From positions 12,958,001 through 13,022,000 of the forward strand of contig CP075494.1 in the NCBI GenBank assembly GCA_021613535.1: a DNA stretch of 64,000 nt. Reading direction: 5' to 3'. The position numbers and the translations under genes are program-made. Source of the stretch: Adineta vaga. Its lineage: Eukaryota; Animalia; Rotifera. Of this stretch, positions 14,282 to 31,082 are shown piece after piece (the first letter of the stretch is position 1; each line of letters begins with the position of its first letter). Under the pieces are notes generated by a model. That model was given only the letters and a program-made list of their open reading frames with translations, was not told the DNA's origin and did not search any database.

Positions 14282-14533
14282 TGATTGTCTCTCTTCCCGA
14301 TAGTTCACGTCTCACATTTATTCGTTAATATTATTGATACTAATCATTTTTTTGTGAAATAAAATCGATAACTAACATGATTCTAATAATACATAGTTCA
14401 GTTTTGAATAAAATATGAGTAAATCTTCCGTTCCGTTGAAAACATTAACTTGAATGCACATTTAGTCGAGAGTTTTCCGTTCGATTCATGTCAATTATTA
14501 ATAGATAGAATTGATTGAAATGTACGCATTAAA

Positions 14534-15478
14534 TTAACTCTTTTCTTTAAGAAACGATTGAAAGATATCTTCGATATTATCATTGATATTCAAGAGAATG
14601 AATTTTCGTTTAATTAATTCTAGAAATTCTCGTCTACGAGTATTGATCATTTCTGCATATAATTTCTTATCTAATTTGGAATGATCTTCTTGTAAATATT
14701 TTGAAATCAATTTTCGTAATTTTTGATCGAGTTGATAGATGAAATTTTGTTGATTTATTTCTGTTGCTAACCGTCGTTGTTCATCGTTGATATTATCAAT
14801 GATTTGTTCTGGTTCTCGACAAGCTTTTTCAATTTGTTGAAGAATGTTTTGTATATGTTCACTTATTAAACCTCGATCAGTTGTATTAATCAAGAATTCT
14901 TCAGGAAATAATTCATATTTTGAATAAATATTTTCTATTGTAAAATCGGAAACACGTTTGAAAGAGTCTCGTTGTTGATTTCGTTGATATGCAATAGAAA
15001 AATTCGAATAAAGATGAATAATTAAAAAGCCAATATGAGCTCGTTGAGCAATCTGACGATAACGCTGACGCATACTTGAATAGTAAAAATTATCCTCAAT
15101 AAAAAGAAGACTTTCCGATTGTAAATATTCGAATGATTGAGAAAGACGATGAGAAATTTGCGAAGAATATTTCAGATGTTCGGAAAGGTGTTTTTCCGAT
15201 TTTGAATGAATTATTCTTTCGATTTCATCAGCAATTAATGATCGATAAGCTTTCCAATTCGATTCATTTTCTATAATATCATTTTCATATCCGGAAAATA
15301 ATTCATCAAAAGAAAGAAATACATGTTTGATTTGTTTGATTCTAGTTTTCAATAACTTTTTCACACAAAGATATTGTAGATTGAAATTTTGATCATTTAA
15401 TATCAATCGAAGAATTTGTACAAGTGTAGTTTTTAAACATGCAGGTGGTCCACAGATTAAAACTATACATTTAATCAT
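14534..15478 (-). CDS. PSTK: L-seryl-tRNA(Sec) kinase, single exon
   Basis: N-terminal P-loop region LICGPPACLKTT, IEDNFYYSSMR motif, RNQQR lid and DQKLRKLIS C-terminal helix, as in PSTK. Confidence 0.85.
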   Translation of the reverse strand: MIKCIVLICGPPACLKTTLVQILRLILNDQNFNLQYLCVKKLLKTRIKQIKHVFLSFDELFSGYENDIIENESNWKAYRSLIADEIERIIHSKSEKHLSEHLKYSSQISHRLSQSFEYLQSESLLFIEDNFYYSSMRQRYRQIAQRAHIGFLIIHLYSNFSIAYQRNQQRDSFKRVSDFTIENIYSKYELFPEEFLINTTDRGLISEHIQNILQQIEKACREPEQIIDNINDEQRRLATEINQQNFIYQLDQKLRKLISKYLQEDHSKLDKKLYAEMINTRRREFLELIKRKFILLNINDNIEDIFQSFLKEKS

Positions 15479-15650
15479 AAGTATCTACAAGAATAAGTAT
15501 TCTTCATTTTCTTCTTTTTTTTTTATTTACATAACATTTCTCGCCTCTTTCTCTCCCTCTCAGAACGAATAGAAAGAAGTATCGTTGCTTAGAAAACAAA
15601 AACGAGTGAGATCTTGTTGTTGTTTTGTCACAATTTGATTTTAACGTTTA

Positions 15651-16964
15651 ATGGACGACACCGACGATTTCGACAAACCAATTGTCGAAGCAAAAGATGA
15701 TGCGACATTATATCTCGATTGTGTTCGATTACTTGAAAGTGGACAAGTACGACGATTTGAAAATGCCGTCGCAAACTTTGATATCGTTCAATATGAATTA
15801 AACGATGGACCAAGTAAATCACTTCTTTTCTATGCTATCGAACGTGATGATCAAGTTTTAACAAAGCTCCTATTGGATATGGAAGTTCCATTGGATAAAG
15901 AATATTCAGTAAGTTAAAACGAATGTGATTTTTCAAACAGTTTAGAAGTATTATATGTTTACTTAGTAAATAGTTTCCAAGGACAATTTCAAGTAGAAGA
16001 AGAAAGGATTTCTTTCATAGTAAAATAGTATCTAATTAAAATCGATGAGAAATATGATGCTCTCTAATTGTTGAAACATAAGAAATGTTTTCAAGGTTAT
16101 TTCTATTTTTCATGAAGAGAAACAGAAGATAATTTTTTAACTAAGATTATGGTACCTGTATCAGCATCACCAACAGCTGAACTTGTTCAAAAAACTTTAA
16201 ATGCTTATAATCTTGCTCGAGAATTACATCATGATGATATTGCGGATTTAATTTATCGTCATCAAAATCTTTCACCCTATGATCAACGATTCTTTCGTGT
16301 ACTTCAATTAAATGATGTACGTCGTTGTGATACATTTATTCATCGATTACAAAATGAAAAACGACAATATGATTTAGCAACAAAAGGCTTATTCTTAGCA
16401 GCGCAATTAGGTTCTGTACGTTTATTGGATTATTTCTTATCACGTTGGAAAATTAATGTTGATATTGAACAAAAACAAGAAGATGGTCATTCCATATCTG
16501 CTCTATTAACAGCGATAACACATAAACAAAATGAAGCTGCAAAATTTCTTCTATTTCGTGATGCAAATCCAAATGTCAAAGGTCAGTATGGAAATGCACT
16601 AGTTACAGCTCTTCATTATGAATCTCAAAATGATCTTTTGGCTTTATTACTTGATAAAAATGCTGATTTAACTACTCGACATCCGGATTATCCGAAATTA
16701 TCTTTAAGAGAATATTGTGTTCTAACAAATCGTGTCAAAGCAAAAACAGAACTCGATGCGTATATAAAACGATTAGTCATTAGTGGAAACTATCAACGAT
16801 TAAAATGGCTTGTCGATCATGGTTATCAATATATTAATATTCAAATTAATCCCAAACGAAATGCAAAACAATTGGCAAAAGAAAGATATTTCGATAAGAT
16901 CGTCAAATTAATTGATGATGTTGAAAATACACAAATGAAAACGAGAATTAAGATGAATTTTTAA
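15651..16964 (+). CDS. Ankyrin-repeat protein (exons ~15651-15909, 16146-16964)
   Basis: Repeats SLLFYAIERDD..LTKLLLD, LFLAAQLGSVRLLDYFL, SALLTAITHKQNEAAKFLLFRDANPN, ALVTALHY...LLLDKNAD. Confidence 0.8.
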
Positions 16965-17392
16965 AAATAATTTATCATTGCCTTCTTCTTCTTTATTTTC
17001 AAATAAATAATCGATGTTTAAAGGTCGCAAAGGACATTATGATATGAAAGGATATATTTTCCTCGGTAATTATGGCTTCGATTAGTAGGAAGAACAATAT
17101 TTTATCTAGACTTTTCTTTCTAAAGTGAGTTAATAGATTTCCGGAGGGAAAAAATCTACTTTCTTTTTGCAGAAGATCAAAATCTATCTCGAAAAAAATG
17201 CTTAGGAACTGCCTTAGTATTAATCAAGATTCTAACAAAAGACTTCCAAAGGACATTTAATTATCAAACAACTCTTCTAATAATAGAGTTCGTTATCGCG
17301 AGATAATACATTCTGTTTCCTTTTCTAAGAAAAACTCAAGAAAACTCGATTCCATATCAAATTTATTAATAATAACAGGAAAAAAAACAAGA

Positions 17393-17773
17393 TTATTTTG
17401 AATTTTTGGCTCGTTTTGATGATCTTTCATCATGATGATGATGGTCTCTTTGTTTTCTCGATGATGATGATGATGATGAGGATGGTGGTGGTGAACGTGA
17501 TCGTTTTCTTTCCATTGTTGATCGATTTCGTTGTTGTTTATCTTGTTCATTTTTATGAATATTATGTACAGCATTGGAAATTAATGTGTTTCGTAGAAAT
17601 TTTCTATTTGTAACTAATTTTGGTTTTTGCCATCCAAGTGCACCTTGAGTTTCGGCACGAATTTTATTTCTTTTTGCTTCTTCAAGTAACATTTGACGTG
17701 CTAATCGATCCATTTCATCATCTTGATTATTTGTAGTTAATGATTTGTCATCATTTTTGTCGAATGTAGACAT
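17393..17773 (-). CDS. Homolog of the POLR1D alternative-ORF (isoform 2) protein, with RS/H-rich tail
   Basis: EMDRLARQMLLEEAKRNKIRAETQGALGWQKPKLVTNRKFLRNTL resembles (from memory) human POLR1D isoform 2 ELERKAIEELLKEAKRGKTRAETMGPMGW...TNKRFLINTI; ATG directly follows a TTTTCAG acceptor. Confidence 0.7.
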   Translation of the reverse strand: MSTFDKNDDKSLTTNNQDDEMDRLARQMLLEEAKRNKIRAETQGALGWQKPKLVTNRKFLRNTLISNAVHNIHKNEQDKQQRNRSTMERKRSRSPPPSSSSSSSSRKQRDHHHHDERSSKRAKNSK

Positions 17774-18003
17774 CTGAAAAGAAGAAAATGTCAAACAATT
17801 CACACAATTGATATTTTCTTCTCAAAGGTTAATGATCGATGTTGTCAAAGGTTAAATGAATATTAATAGAGATCACTTTTCAACAGCTGTTTGATTTCTT
17901 TTCAATTTTATTATTATTGTTATTAGTAGTAGTGGTAGTAGTAGTAATATTATTTATATACAAAAGAAAAGAACAACGAACAACAATGAAATTAAACAAA
18001 TAG

Positions 18004-21168
<3,165 letters not shown>

Positions 21169-24100
21169 TATTCATGAATCATGTGTAATTGAATTAGAAC
21201 TAGAAATAAAAATTAAAAAAGTACGTATAAAAAAGGAAGCATTGTAATTATTAATTATTGTCGGTGTCATTTTTCGATTGTCTGATTCGATCTTTCTAAT
21301 TAGATAGCTTTATAGTCGAACGTTGACATTTATTACAAGTAAACGACGCGGTTTTTATTTCTTCTCTGTTTCTCGTTTTTCGAACCTGAGCTATAATATG
21401 TCATCGAAGAAAAAGAAAGACGATAATTGATGAGAAAAGAATGATCGAGTAGATGCCATTTGACATATTCGACATGCTCGAATCGATTTGGTTTTTTAAT
21501 AAATGTTTTGTTTTTCCGTCTTTATTTTATACCTTGCTATTCATTGAAGAAAACAAGTTGATCTATATACATCACTATTAATATATATATATCGAACTCG
21601 ACGGAAAAAGAAAGAAGAGAGAAAAAATATTCTTAGAAATGGAAACTAGACACAATAGAGATAGGGCAAGATACATTTTCTGTTGCAGTAGAAACGAGTG
21701 TCAGAAGAAGAAAAAACGAGATAGAAACGCGTAGGTACAAATTGCGTATGGACAACGAATAATACATGCACTAAACACATACGCAGAAAGAAATTTTCTT
21801 TCTATCGCCGTTTATATCAGATCAGAATTGATTACGAAGGAGGGATGCTACGATGATAGTTACAGAAGAAGCATAGGTTTTCTTCTCCATATGTTCGCTC
21901 TCTCTTTCTCTCTGCTTGTTCGCTCGTGTGCTTATATACAGCAAAGTTGATCGGCCAAATAACACATACATGCGATGGATGCGACCATCACTATAACCAT
22001 TCTGTTACTCGTATTCGTCGAGATTTTCCCTTGTTCGCTTGCTTGCGGGAAACCTAGTGCATTTTCTTCCGCTTTTTCTTCTTCTTTTTTTCTTCGCTTT
22101 TCTTTTCTTTTCTCTTTTTCTGATGTTGTAGCTTTACCGTCTGTCTTCTGCATTAACAATTAGTGTTAGACGAGAGAAGATTTTTCTTCTTCTTTCTCGC
22201 TTTTTTCTCTCGTTTTTCCTTTTTCTCTCCACTACTACTACTACTGCTACTACGATTACTATATACAGACATCTGTGCGTCATCGTACTGCACATAATTG
22301 AGCAAAAAGAGAATTATAGCGGGATGTGGAAGCGTTCGTTCTGCTTGAGATGGAAGAAAAAATGTCTGACAACAGTCTCTTCTCTCTCATCGATGTGTTG
22401 CTAGAAGTGTTTTCAAGTTTAGATTTTTCTCTCTCATTCTCGAATTGACGAACAGACGGCGACATTTTCAATCAAACTCGTTCGTACGCTACGAAGACAT
22501 ATGCATTCTCTGTTCGAAGCTACGCGATCAGTAAAAGGGATTATGACACTCGAGCAAAACGTGTATTGGTTAATAAAAAAAAATTTCACAGATAGATAGA
22601 TAATGATGGAAACTTCATGTTTTTCTTTTCTCTCCTCGTAAATTCGCTCGAGGCTAAATTGCTACTCGAAGACATACTGAAGAGACAAAAGAAGCAGAGT
22701 GATGAGAATGATGGTGTGTGTATGTGTGTGCTTTTGATCGTAACTAAGAAGCGAACTAAAGCAATTAGGTTTGATGTCAACACACACGCACATATATTCG
22801 TTTGTTTAGATCTAACTATTATGAAGAAAAATGAACAAAAATTATATCATCCTTTAGTTATGTTTGTTTAACAAAAGAAAATTGAATATTATTACTTGTA
22901 TTTTCATTGAAAACTTTTGAATTGATCAATAATTGTTTGTAAATCATTTTGATTCTGTTAGAGAACAATATATTACTGATAATCTTTGTTTTGTTTTGCA
23001 TGATAAAAAAAAAGATCTGTTAAAAAACGAACAAGATGAAGAGGAAAAGGAAGGAAATGTAGATGTAGGTATGAACTGCTCTTTATTTTCCATTTTTAAT
23101 GGTTGTTTTCTTCATCCATTCGTTTCTATCAAGAAGTATTTCCAGAGGTCGCTCGTGTTTGAAAAAAAATTACTGTTTCTCATTACAAGCATCTGAGGCG
23201 TTTTTTTCTCTCCATGTGATTGATGTCTTCTAACCATAATTTAACATCCGATTGTTAGAAGATGTTTCTATCGGATGATTAGATAAATGATCGCGACAGA
23301 AGCAAATAAGATCAAGACATCAAAACAGAAAAAGGATGGATATTTGCATATATTGGAATTAAATCACAAGAACAGCTTTCCGAAAGTCCTTAGAAACTTT
23401 CGATATTTAACACTTAACAACATTTTTCAGAGATCGCTTTGGAAGATTCAATCTCCGTCGAGAAAACATTACTTAAATGAGTTTTTCCTAAATTATTATG
23501 GAATAAACCAATATAATTAGATTGCGTGTGACGCTATTGAACCATTCTCTTTTTTTTTTCATTAGAATTGTGATTCAAAAAGGAAATTTGCTCGTCTCAT
23601 AATATACCTTTCTTCCAAAAACTCAAGGTTTTCTATGACAATTAATCTCATTGTCGGAATTCGCAATATGGTGAATTCTATCCGTTCTATCAGTAGTTTT
23701 CAAATATAAATATATGAAGAAACGGAGTTTATTGACTTCTCTAAGCTCATATAACATTAGCCTACTGTCAAATAATTGTCTCCGATTACACATCCGGAGC
23801 AGCATTCTATGTTAATATTACTGATTTCTCATGAATTTCCAGTAAACAAAAATAATCTGAACAGATTCTACATTTTTATGAAAACTATTCAAATACAAAA
23901 GTGAAAATTTCTTATACTGTATATGAATAAATAATTCGGAAGTCATAGAGTCTATGTGAGAGAGCTCAAAATAATCTCAACTATTCCTGTATATTTCTTT
24001 TTATAATCTTTTGAATTTATTCAATTTTCTTTGAACTTATTGGACCATAGAAGATGAATAATGATCAAAACACTGCTCGATAACAATCAAGGGTCGTTTG

Positions 24101-24793
24101 TATTCATCGACAAAACAGTCATGATATGATGTCTTTCATTAGCATTCACACATCACTAAATATAACTTTCTTAATTATTCTTTTTCCTGGAACTTTGTAC
24201 TTCAGTTGGATTGTGATCTCACCTATGGTTGATAAGATCTACAAAGAATATATCATTTCGGTTCAACTCCGATTGATTTCATTTGAATAGAGCAGAATAG
24301 CAGATCAATGTGTTTTAACAGTATGAAATACCATCTTATATTGATTGATAGCTCTGTCAACAAATCTGTTATCTAAAATTGAAACGTTGTTCGTAAAAAT
24401 TAGTTTAAGTCTCCTCTCAACCATTATCAAGCATGAGTTCACATCCCATTGATTAGCAATACTTTTATTTTCTCTTCTGCATATATTTCTCATATAAAAA
24501 TTCAACTACCGTAGAGTTAATTACTATTTTCATAGTTCGCAGAGATTCAATCATTGAATCACGATTAAGCATCGTTTATATTCAGTAAAGGGCAAACAAG
24601 GACAAGAAGACAAAAGAAAAAAAACTACATCTAATTTTCATCCATATGGTTCGTTGTTGTTTGTCTAGCGTTTTCTGTACCAATTAGTAACAATGATCAA
24701 ACTTATTTTCTGTCTATCAGCTTGGATAGCACGACATTAGTACTAAATATCAATCAAAAACCATCATCATCATCATCATCTTCATCATTGGCT

Positions 24794-25162
24794 ATGCGGT
24801 CATTTTTGTTTGGACTATTGTCTCTACTTATACTTTCATATTGGGCTCATCTTTTCGTAACTAGTAAATTCGATTCCAATGATTTAGGAACAATGGTTAT
24901 CGACAAGAGATCTATCAGTACTGGTATATGTGAATGTCGATGTTGTCTTTTACATGGTGCTGTGTGTGAATCGACGATTCGATATGAATTATCTTTTAAA
25001 AATGATTTTTCTTGCGATCAATGTACGAATGAATTTTGTACACTGAATACAAATCAAACATTAGCATGTGAAACAATGTATTCGATGAAAGCCAATTGTT
25101 TTTATTATACACCTCGTGAGAAAGCATCTGCATTCGTGAGTATTCGACCCATTTTACAATGA
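24794..25162 (+). CDS. Small secreted cysteine-rich prepro-protein (122 aa)
   Basis: Hydrophobic N-terminus MRSFLFGLLSLLILSYWAHLFV, dibasic KR site, then 10 Cys starting with CECRCC; AATAAA at ~25206. Confidence 0.7.
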   Translation: MRSFLFGLLSLLILSYWAHLFVTSKFDSNDLGTMVIDKRSISTGICECRCCLLHGAVCESTIRYELSFKNDFSCDQCTNEFCTLNTNQTLACETMYSMKANCFYYTPREKASAFVSIRPILQ

Positions 25163-25504
25163 AGTTGTTGTTTTTTTTATCTTATAAAAATATTTTTCGA
25201 CAAAAAATAAATAGAAAGGAAAAATTATAAATCGCTGTTTTTCATTAGTTGAAACAACAAAATCAGTGAAATGACGCGTTGTTGTTTAGTTCACTGCTAA
25301 TGAAGAGGCGTGGTTTTGCTCTACTCATGTTTTTCTTTCATAGTAAAATCAAAAAAAAAACAAATAAACATGACATCAATGGTTACTATGTGGAAATTTA
25401 TATTGAGTATTGATGATGAAATATCTTGTGATTCACTCAGTCAGCTTTGCATCATGTCTTTAGAAGGGAAGAAAAATAAGGGAAAAAAAGAGAATACAGA
25501 ACAG

Positions 25505-25600
25505 TGATGAGTCATTGACTATATATGCTTTATGAATAAAAATTGCCAACGCGGCACAGAGAAACGCAACTATACATTGTAGACGAGACACGTCATCACT
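25505..25600. promoter_or_regulatory. bZIP-binding sites (AP-1 TGAGTCA; CREB3/XBP1-type GACACGTCATCA) upstream of the CREB3-like gene
   Basis: TGAGTCA at 25508-25514 (again at 25842-25848); GACACGTCATCA at 25587-25598. Confidence 0.45.
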
Positions 25601-25908
25601 TGCTGACGACTGCTATATTCGATCGACACTGCTCATTTCAAACTGCTTTTTCTTCTTGATTATATATAAGGTAAGTTTTGTATCAAAACTCTAAAATCTG
25701 ATCGCTAATTAAAACCAAATGTCAATAAAGAAAAAAGGCATATAGACCGAATAATTTCATGAATGGATGCTTGAAAAAAAAAGGGAACGAACTTGCGAAA
25801 TCATAGATATCAGTCATCTGCCTTTCATGTACTCATAAGCATGAGTCACATATTTGTCTATAAATTTACATGGGCTTTCGTTTTTAAGGCGCATTATAGC
25901 AAATCAAA

Positions 25909-27815
25909 ATGATGATGGAAACAATTTACGATCCATATGATCTACTTTTTGGTGATGAACAGAAATCACCTGTTTCGGATAGTTTACTTTTTTCCAACGA
26001 AGTGATGTTCGGAAATTTCAATACTAATTCATCATTGATCAGTCCAATACCGCACAATATGGAACATATAGGTAGAGATAGATCGTATATTTATATATGA
26101 TTAGTTTCAATAAAATCTTTTTTTTTCTCCTTTTGAAACGAATAGAAACAGACTTTGATGCTACAACATTTGAAAAATTAATCAATGAATTATTTTCGTC
26201 GGATCCAACAATGATTCATGAACAATCAATTGATCTCCCATTAACGTCAGTAGAATCTGAAGCATCAACACGTGAAATCGGTACTGATCCTATGGAACCA
26301 ATTTCTCAACCAACACCACTCATTATCAACCCAACGACTCTTCAACAATTATCTAGTACACCGATTGTTTTTATTCAAAATCCGGCTAATCTTTCACTAG
26401 ACAATACTGTTCCATTAGTCAATGAATCTTACAATGTACAATTCGACTCGTCATCATTCGTATCAAATGATTATCAAATGGAGGAGATTCTTCCTTTAAC
26501 ACCCTCAACATCAAGTGATTCACCTGATGAAGGAAATTCGAATTCACCCGACAGTTATCAAGATAATGCTTATTCAAAATTATTAACTAATCTTGATGTA
26601 AAGATCTCTTTTCCAAACATTACTTTTGATTTTATTATCTTTTTAATTTAGAATTTACCAAGAAATGGTCCATTAGTTTTAACAAATGAAGAATTAAAAC
26701 TAATTAAACAAGAGGGTTATCAAGTTCCAACAAAATTACCATTGAATAAAACAGAGGAGAAAATGTTAAAAAAAATCCGTCGAAAAATCAAAAATAAAGT
26801 AATAGAAACGATAATAAAGAAAATATTTGCATATTCTTATCAAAACTTTTATCATGTAGATTTCAGCCCAAGAAAGTCGTCGAAAGAAAAAAGAATATGT
26901 TGATGCACTTGAAAAACAAATTGCAAAATATGTTGAGGAAAATACTTCACTCAAAGAACGAATGGCAGCAAGCGAAAAAAAACAAAAGTAAGTGACATTC
27001 ACTTGAAGACAGATAATCTATAAAAGTCTCGAATTGTTCAGATCATTAACAAAAGAACGAGATCTTCTTCAATCAATGTTAAGTAAAGCAACACCTACAC
27101 CTAGCAAAGCATTAATGGTAAGTGTGTATCTGTACTTGAATCAATCTATATTGTTTATTTCTGTCAGGTTTTTGCTGTCTTTTTTGCCGTTCTTTTCGGC
27201 GTTTGGTCACCAATTACAAGTAAATCTTCAAATGATGATCGAGCTTTATCGTTAGAAAATGCTTTCATGCCTTCAAACAATCATCAGGCTGCTTACGTAT
27301 CAAAAAAATCTCTACTTGAACAACAACAACAGGATACTTCTCATTCTGGTTATCTAACTGATAGTCATAAGTCACGTGTTCTTCTATCAATTGATGATTA
27401 TGATACTCACCAACATCATGGACCATATTTACCATCAAATAATAAACAACGCTCAATATTTCATCATGAAACTGCTGCACCTAGTTATACCTATTCCGAT
27501 GCAGTTGAAAAATATATGAATAAAAAATATCAATCTGAAGAAGCCGTTGAAGAAAACAATGGAAAAAATCATTTGAAACGAGCATTATCATCAGATGAAT
27601 CTTCATCAGTAACTTTTCAACAAAAACCAGCATATAAAAAATTACGATCAAATTATCATATTAATGACAATATTGTTGTCATCGAAGAAACAAATGAAAG
27701 CGTAAATAATGGTCTTAACGAAAATAAATCTGTCAAAATTATCCGTGTTGAACGGACATCACCAGCGATTCGAAACGACACATTGAAATTAGCTCATTCG
27801 ACAGTCAATGAATAA
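25909..27815 (+). CDS. CREB3/OASIS/CrebA-family membrane-tethered bZIP factor
   Basis: [42 protein letters not shown] bZIP, TM segment [16 protein letters not shown], luminal S1P-type site SRVLL. Confidence 0.9.
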
Positions 27816-28225
27816 TTTATTCAAAACTTTACTATATATGTAGTTTTTGTTTCTATAGTACTGTAAATTCGTCAATAATATAATCGTGATTCTTTAAGAA
27901 AAAATAATTCTTATTTGTTTTTCTTGCTATCAATTTCGTTTAAATGTTCTCTCGCGTATGAATAAAATAAATAATCAATCGTCAGAGCCTTTCATTCTTT
28001 CGATGAGATAAGTCGAGGTTGTCTTCAAAAATAAAAGAAAAGAATTATTTCTGGTACTAGTAATCGAATAAATGAAGATAGTAATATGTTTATTTATTTT
28101 TCGAATCAAATATGATCCTCATGTAAGGAAAAACAACGACAAAGAACAAGAAATCTAAAGAACAAACACGCATATACATAAACAGTCTGTTGTCTGCAAT
28201 TGATAGATATTTTGAATTGAATAAT

Positions 28226-28696
<471 letters not shown>

Positions 28697-29782
28697 TTAT
28701 TTAATATTCAAATCTAAAACAAAGGAGAAAAAAAACTTTCGATTACTTTTTTGACCTCATGACCTGTCATCTGGACATCATCGATGATATTTATTCTTTT
28801 CTTTCCTTATGATCATTACAATATATACATTTATGTCAAATGATTCTTTGTTCAATCGCGAGAGAAAAACAAGAATATATACATGATAGTGACGGTATGT
28901 CATTCTAATTTCCTCCGTTCAAATACGCCCTCTTTCCAATGCTTCTCAACACGACCTTTTTTTTTCTTTTCTTTTCTTCCTTACCACAAAGACACTACTT
29001 TTTGACATTCTCTTCTTTTCTTTCATTTACGCATTTTTTTCTGTTCTATTAAGGCAGCGATGTAAGACTATACAGAACGAAAGAAAAACGGACGAGTTAT
29101 TCTCTCTTATTTTATTTCTAGTTGTATGTTTTTTTGTTATTTATTATATATCTATTTAGGATCTTTTCTAGTCATATGTACAAACATATATAGAATAAAA
29201 TTGATTGAGAATTTTCTACGAAATCATCAATATCAATACTATTGAAAGTATCGATCGATAGATATGCTCATCTAACATGAACATTACACTAATAAAAAAA
29301 ACCTTGAACTATATTTTGAAATTTTTTTTAAATATCCATTTTTTCCTTTTACGACTTATTTAATATTACATCTTAGATAACAATAGTCATTATCAGTCCT
29401 TTGTTTACCTTGCTTTCACAAGGTTTCGTCCAAAAGAGTGACGTTTTTTTGTTCCACTGCAGGAAGAGAAAAACAAGTTATTCAATTGATTTTTATAGAA
29501 TAGAAACAAAAAAAATCTTTTTTTTATACAGTTTTTCGTTTGATAACAATTTGACTATCTCTACATGAAAATTCTACTTCACCTTGATGAATTTCGTACT
29601 CTCCTAGATTCAGTCTTACACTTGCACGATCACGTTTATGTGCACACTCATGATTGTCTACTTACTTGATGTTGTATGCGTATGTAAGGGCGAGTCGTCG
29701 ATAGAGTGTGTGTATGTGTGTGTGTGTGTTGTGCTGCTCGTCAACGAGGATAATGCAATGAGAATGAGCGTTTTGCAGTGGG

Positions 29783-29867
29783 TATATATAGTGCAACGAT
29801 CGTACAAGCTTGAAGCTCCTCCACCAATGAATGAATGTGTAAGAAGTTTGTGAGGCTCGACTATTGG
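29783..29867 (-). promoter_or_regulatory. Probable H3.3 promoter (TATA plus two CCAAT boxes)
   Basis: TATATATA 29790-29783; CCAAT at 29824-29828 (+) and 29867-29863 (-); downstream donors at 29665, 29582 and 29408 with matching acceptors outline non-coding 5' exons. Confidence 0.5.
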
Positions 29868-31082
29868 GTGAATGGTGGATGGTGATAGTTATTTGTATAT
29901 TGTTGTTGTCTTCGAACTAATGGAGGCAAAATGAGAAATGTAAGTTGAAAGAGAGGTCGCCGGGCGGTTTTAGGGATGTAGCAGAATATAGTCAAACGTC
30001 CGATTCGATAAGAAAAGTGGGCACACGGGGGTGGGAGAAAGAAAACTGGTCATTGTCACTATCGTCTGTTTTGAGATGCGAAAGTTTAGACGGGGAAGAG
30101 AACAGGATGAAGATCGCGCGCGCTCGCTCGCCCGCGATACCTCTGAACTGAAAGAACGCAATAAAGGTTCGCACAATGATATGTAGAGCTTAAAGTTATG
30201 AAAAATCTTCAAAAGCAATATGATTTCGATAGTATTATCAAAGATAATGTTCATTCAATACATGTTAAACAAGGAAAAAAGGTAAGAAAAGTGCGTAGGA
30301 GAATGGAAGAACAGAACGAAAGAGAGAGAGAAAAAAAGAACAGAAAGAAAAAAGCGAGCAAGCGATGAGGATGGGAGGAAGAAAAGAACGAAAGCTTTGT
30401 CCGGTATATATGGAAGGAGGTTTTGAAATATTTAGATAAGACAAAAGAATTGATCTTAATTAAAAGAACAGATAGTCGCGTCTTAATTAGAACGCAAAAA
30501 AAGGAACGACAACGAGCGCCATCTATGTCATACGATGTTTTGAGTAAAATAAAATATTGTGTTATGTTGTACGTACAGTTGAATATAATAAAGTCATGTT
30601 TATTGCATGATTTGTGAGACAGTATGCATGACAAAATTAATATTTGTAATTGAAAATTCACTAATGAATAAACATTTTTATCAGCACGCAGACATCTTAT
30701 TTCATTTCAAAATATATCACGGTTGTTAATGTAGCTTTTTTTGTTAAGTTAATTAAATCGAACAGCTATCAGTAGAACGTTTGAAAAAGTTATTCGAATT
30801 AATCTAAAAGACTGAAGCAATAATAACTATATGAGTCAACTGAAATGAGATATTATATATTACATAACAGAGAAGATAACTACTTTCATTTAAAGTATTT
30901 TCTAATTGAAGGAAAAAATATAAATACATGAACATAATTTTGTTTTCAATTTCATGGCAAATAAAACTTCAATCGATCGCATCAATGAACATTCTTTATT
31001 TATTTATTAAAATCTAGCCATAATGTTAGGTTTCAAAAAAACGAATGTTGATTTATTCACAACATCGTGCTATAAAAAAAAC

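Noticed and set aside
21932-23520. Short ORFs upstream of calcineurin
   Set aside because: Low-complexity non-coding sequence with no conserved motifs.
29960-30040. CCCTAAAACC on the minus strand as a telomerase-RNA template
   Set aside because: Does not match the TGTGGG/TGAGGG-type repeats reported for bdelloids, and I see no supporting structure.
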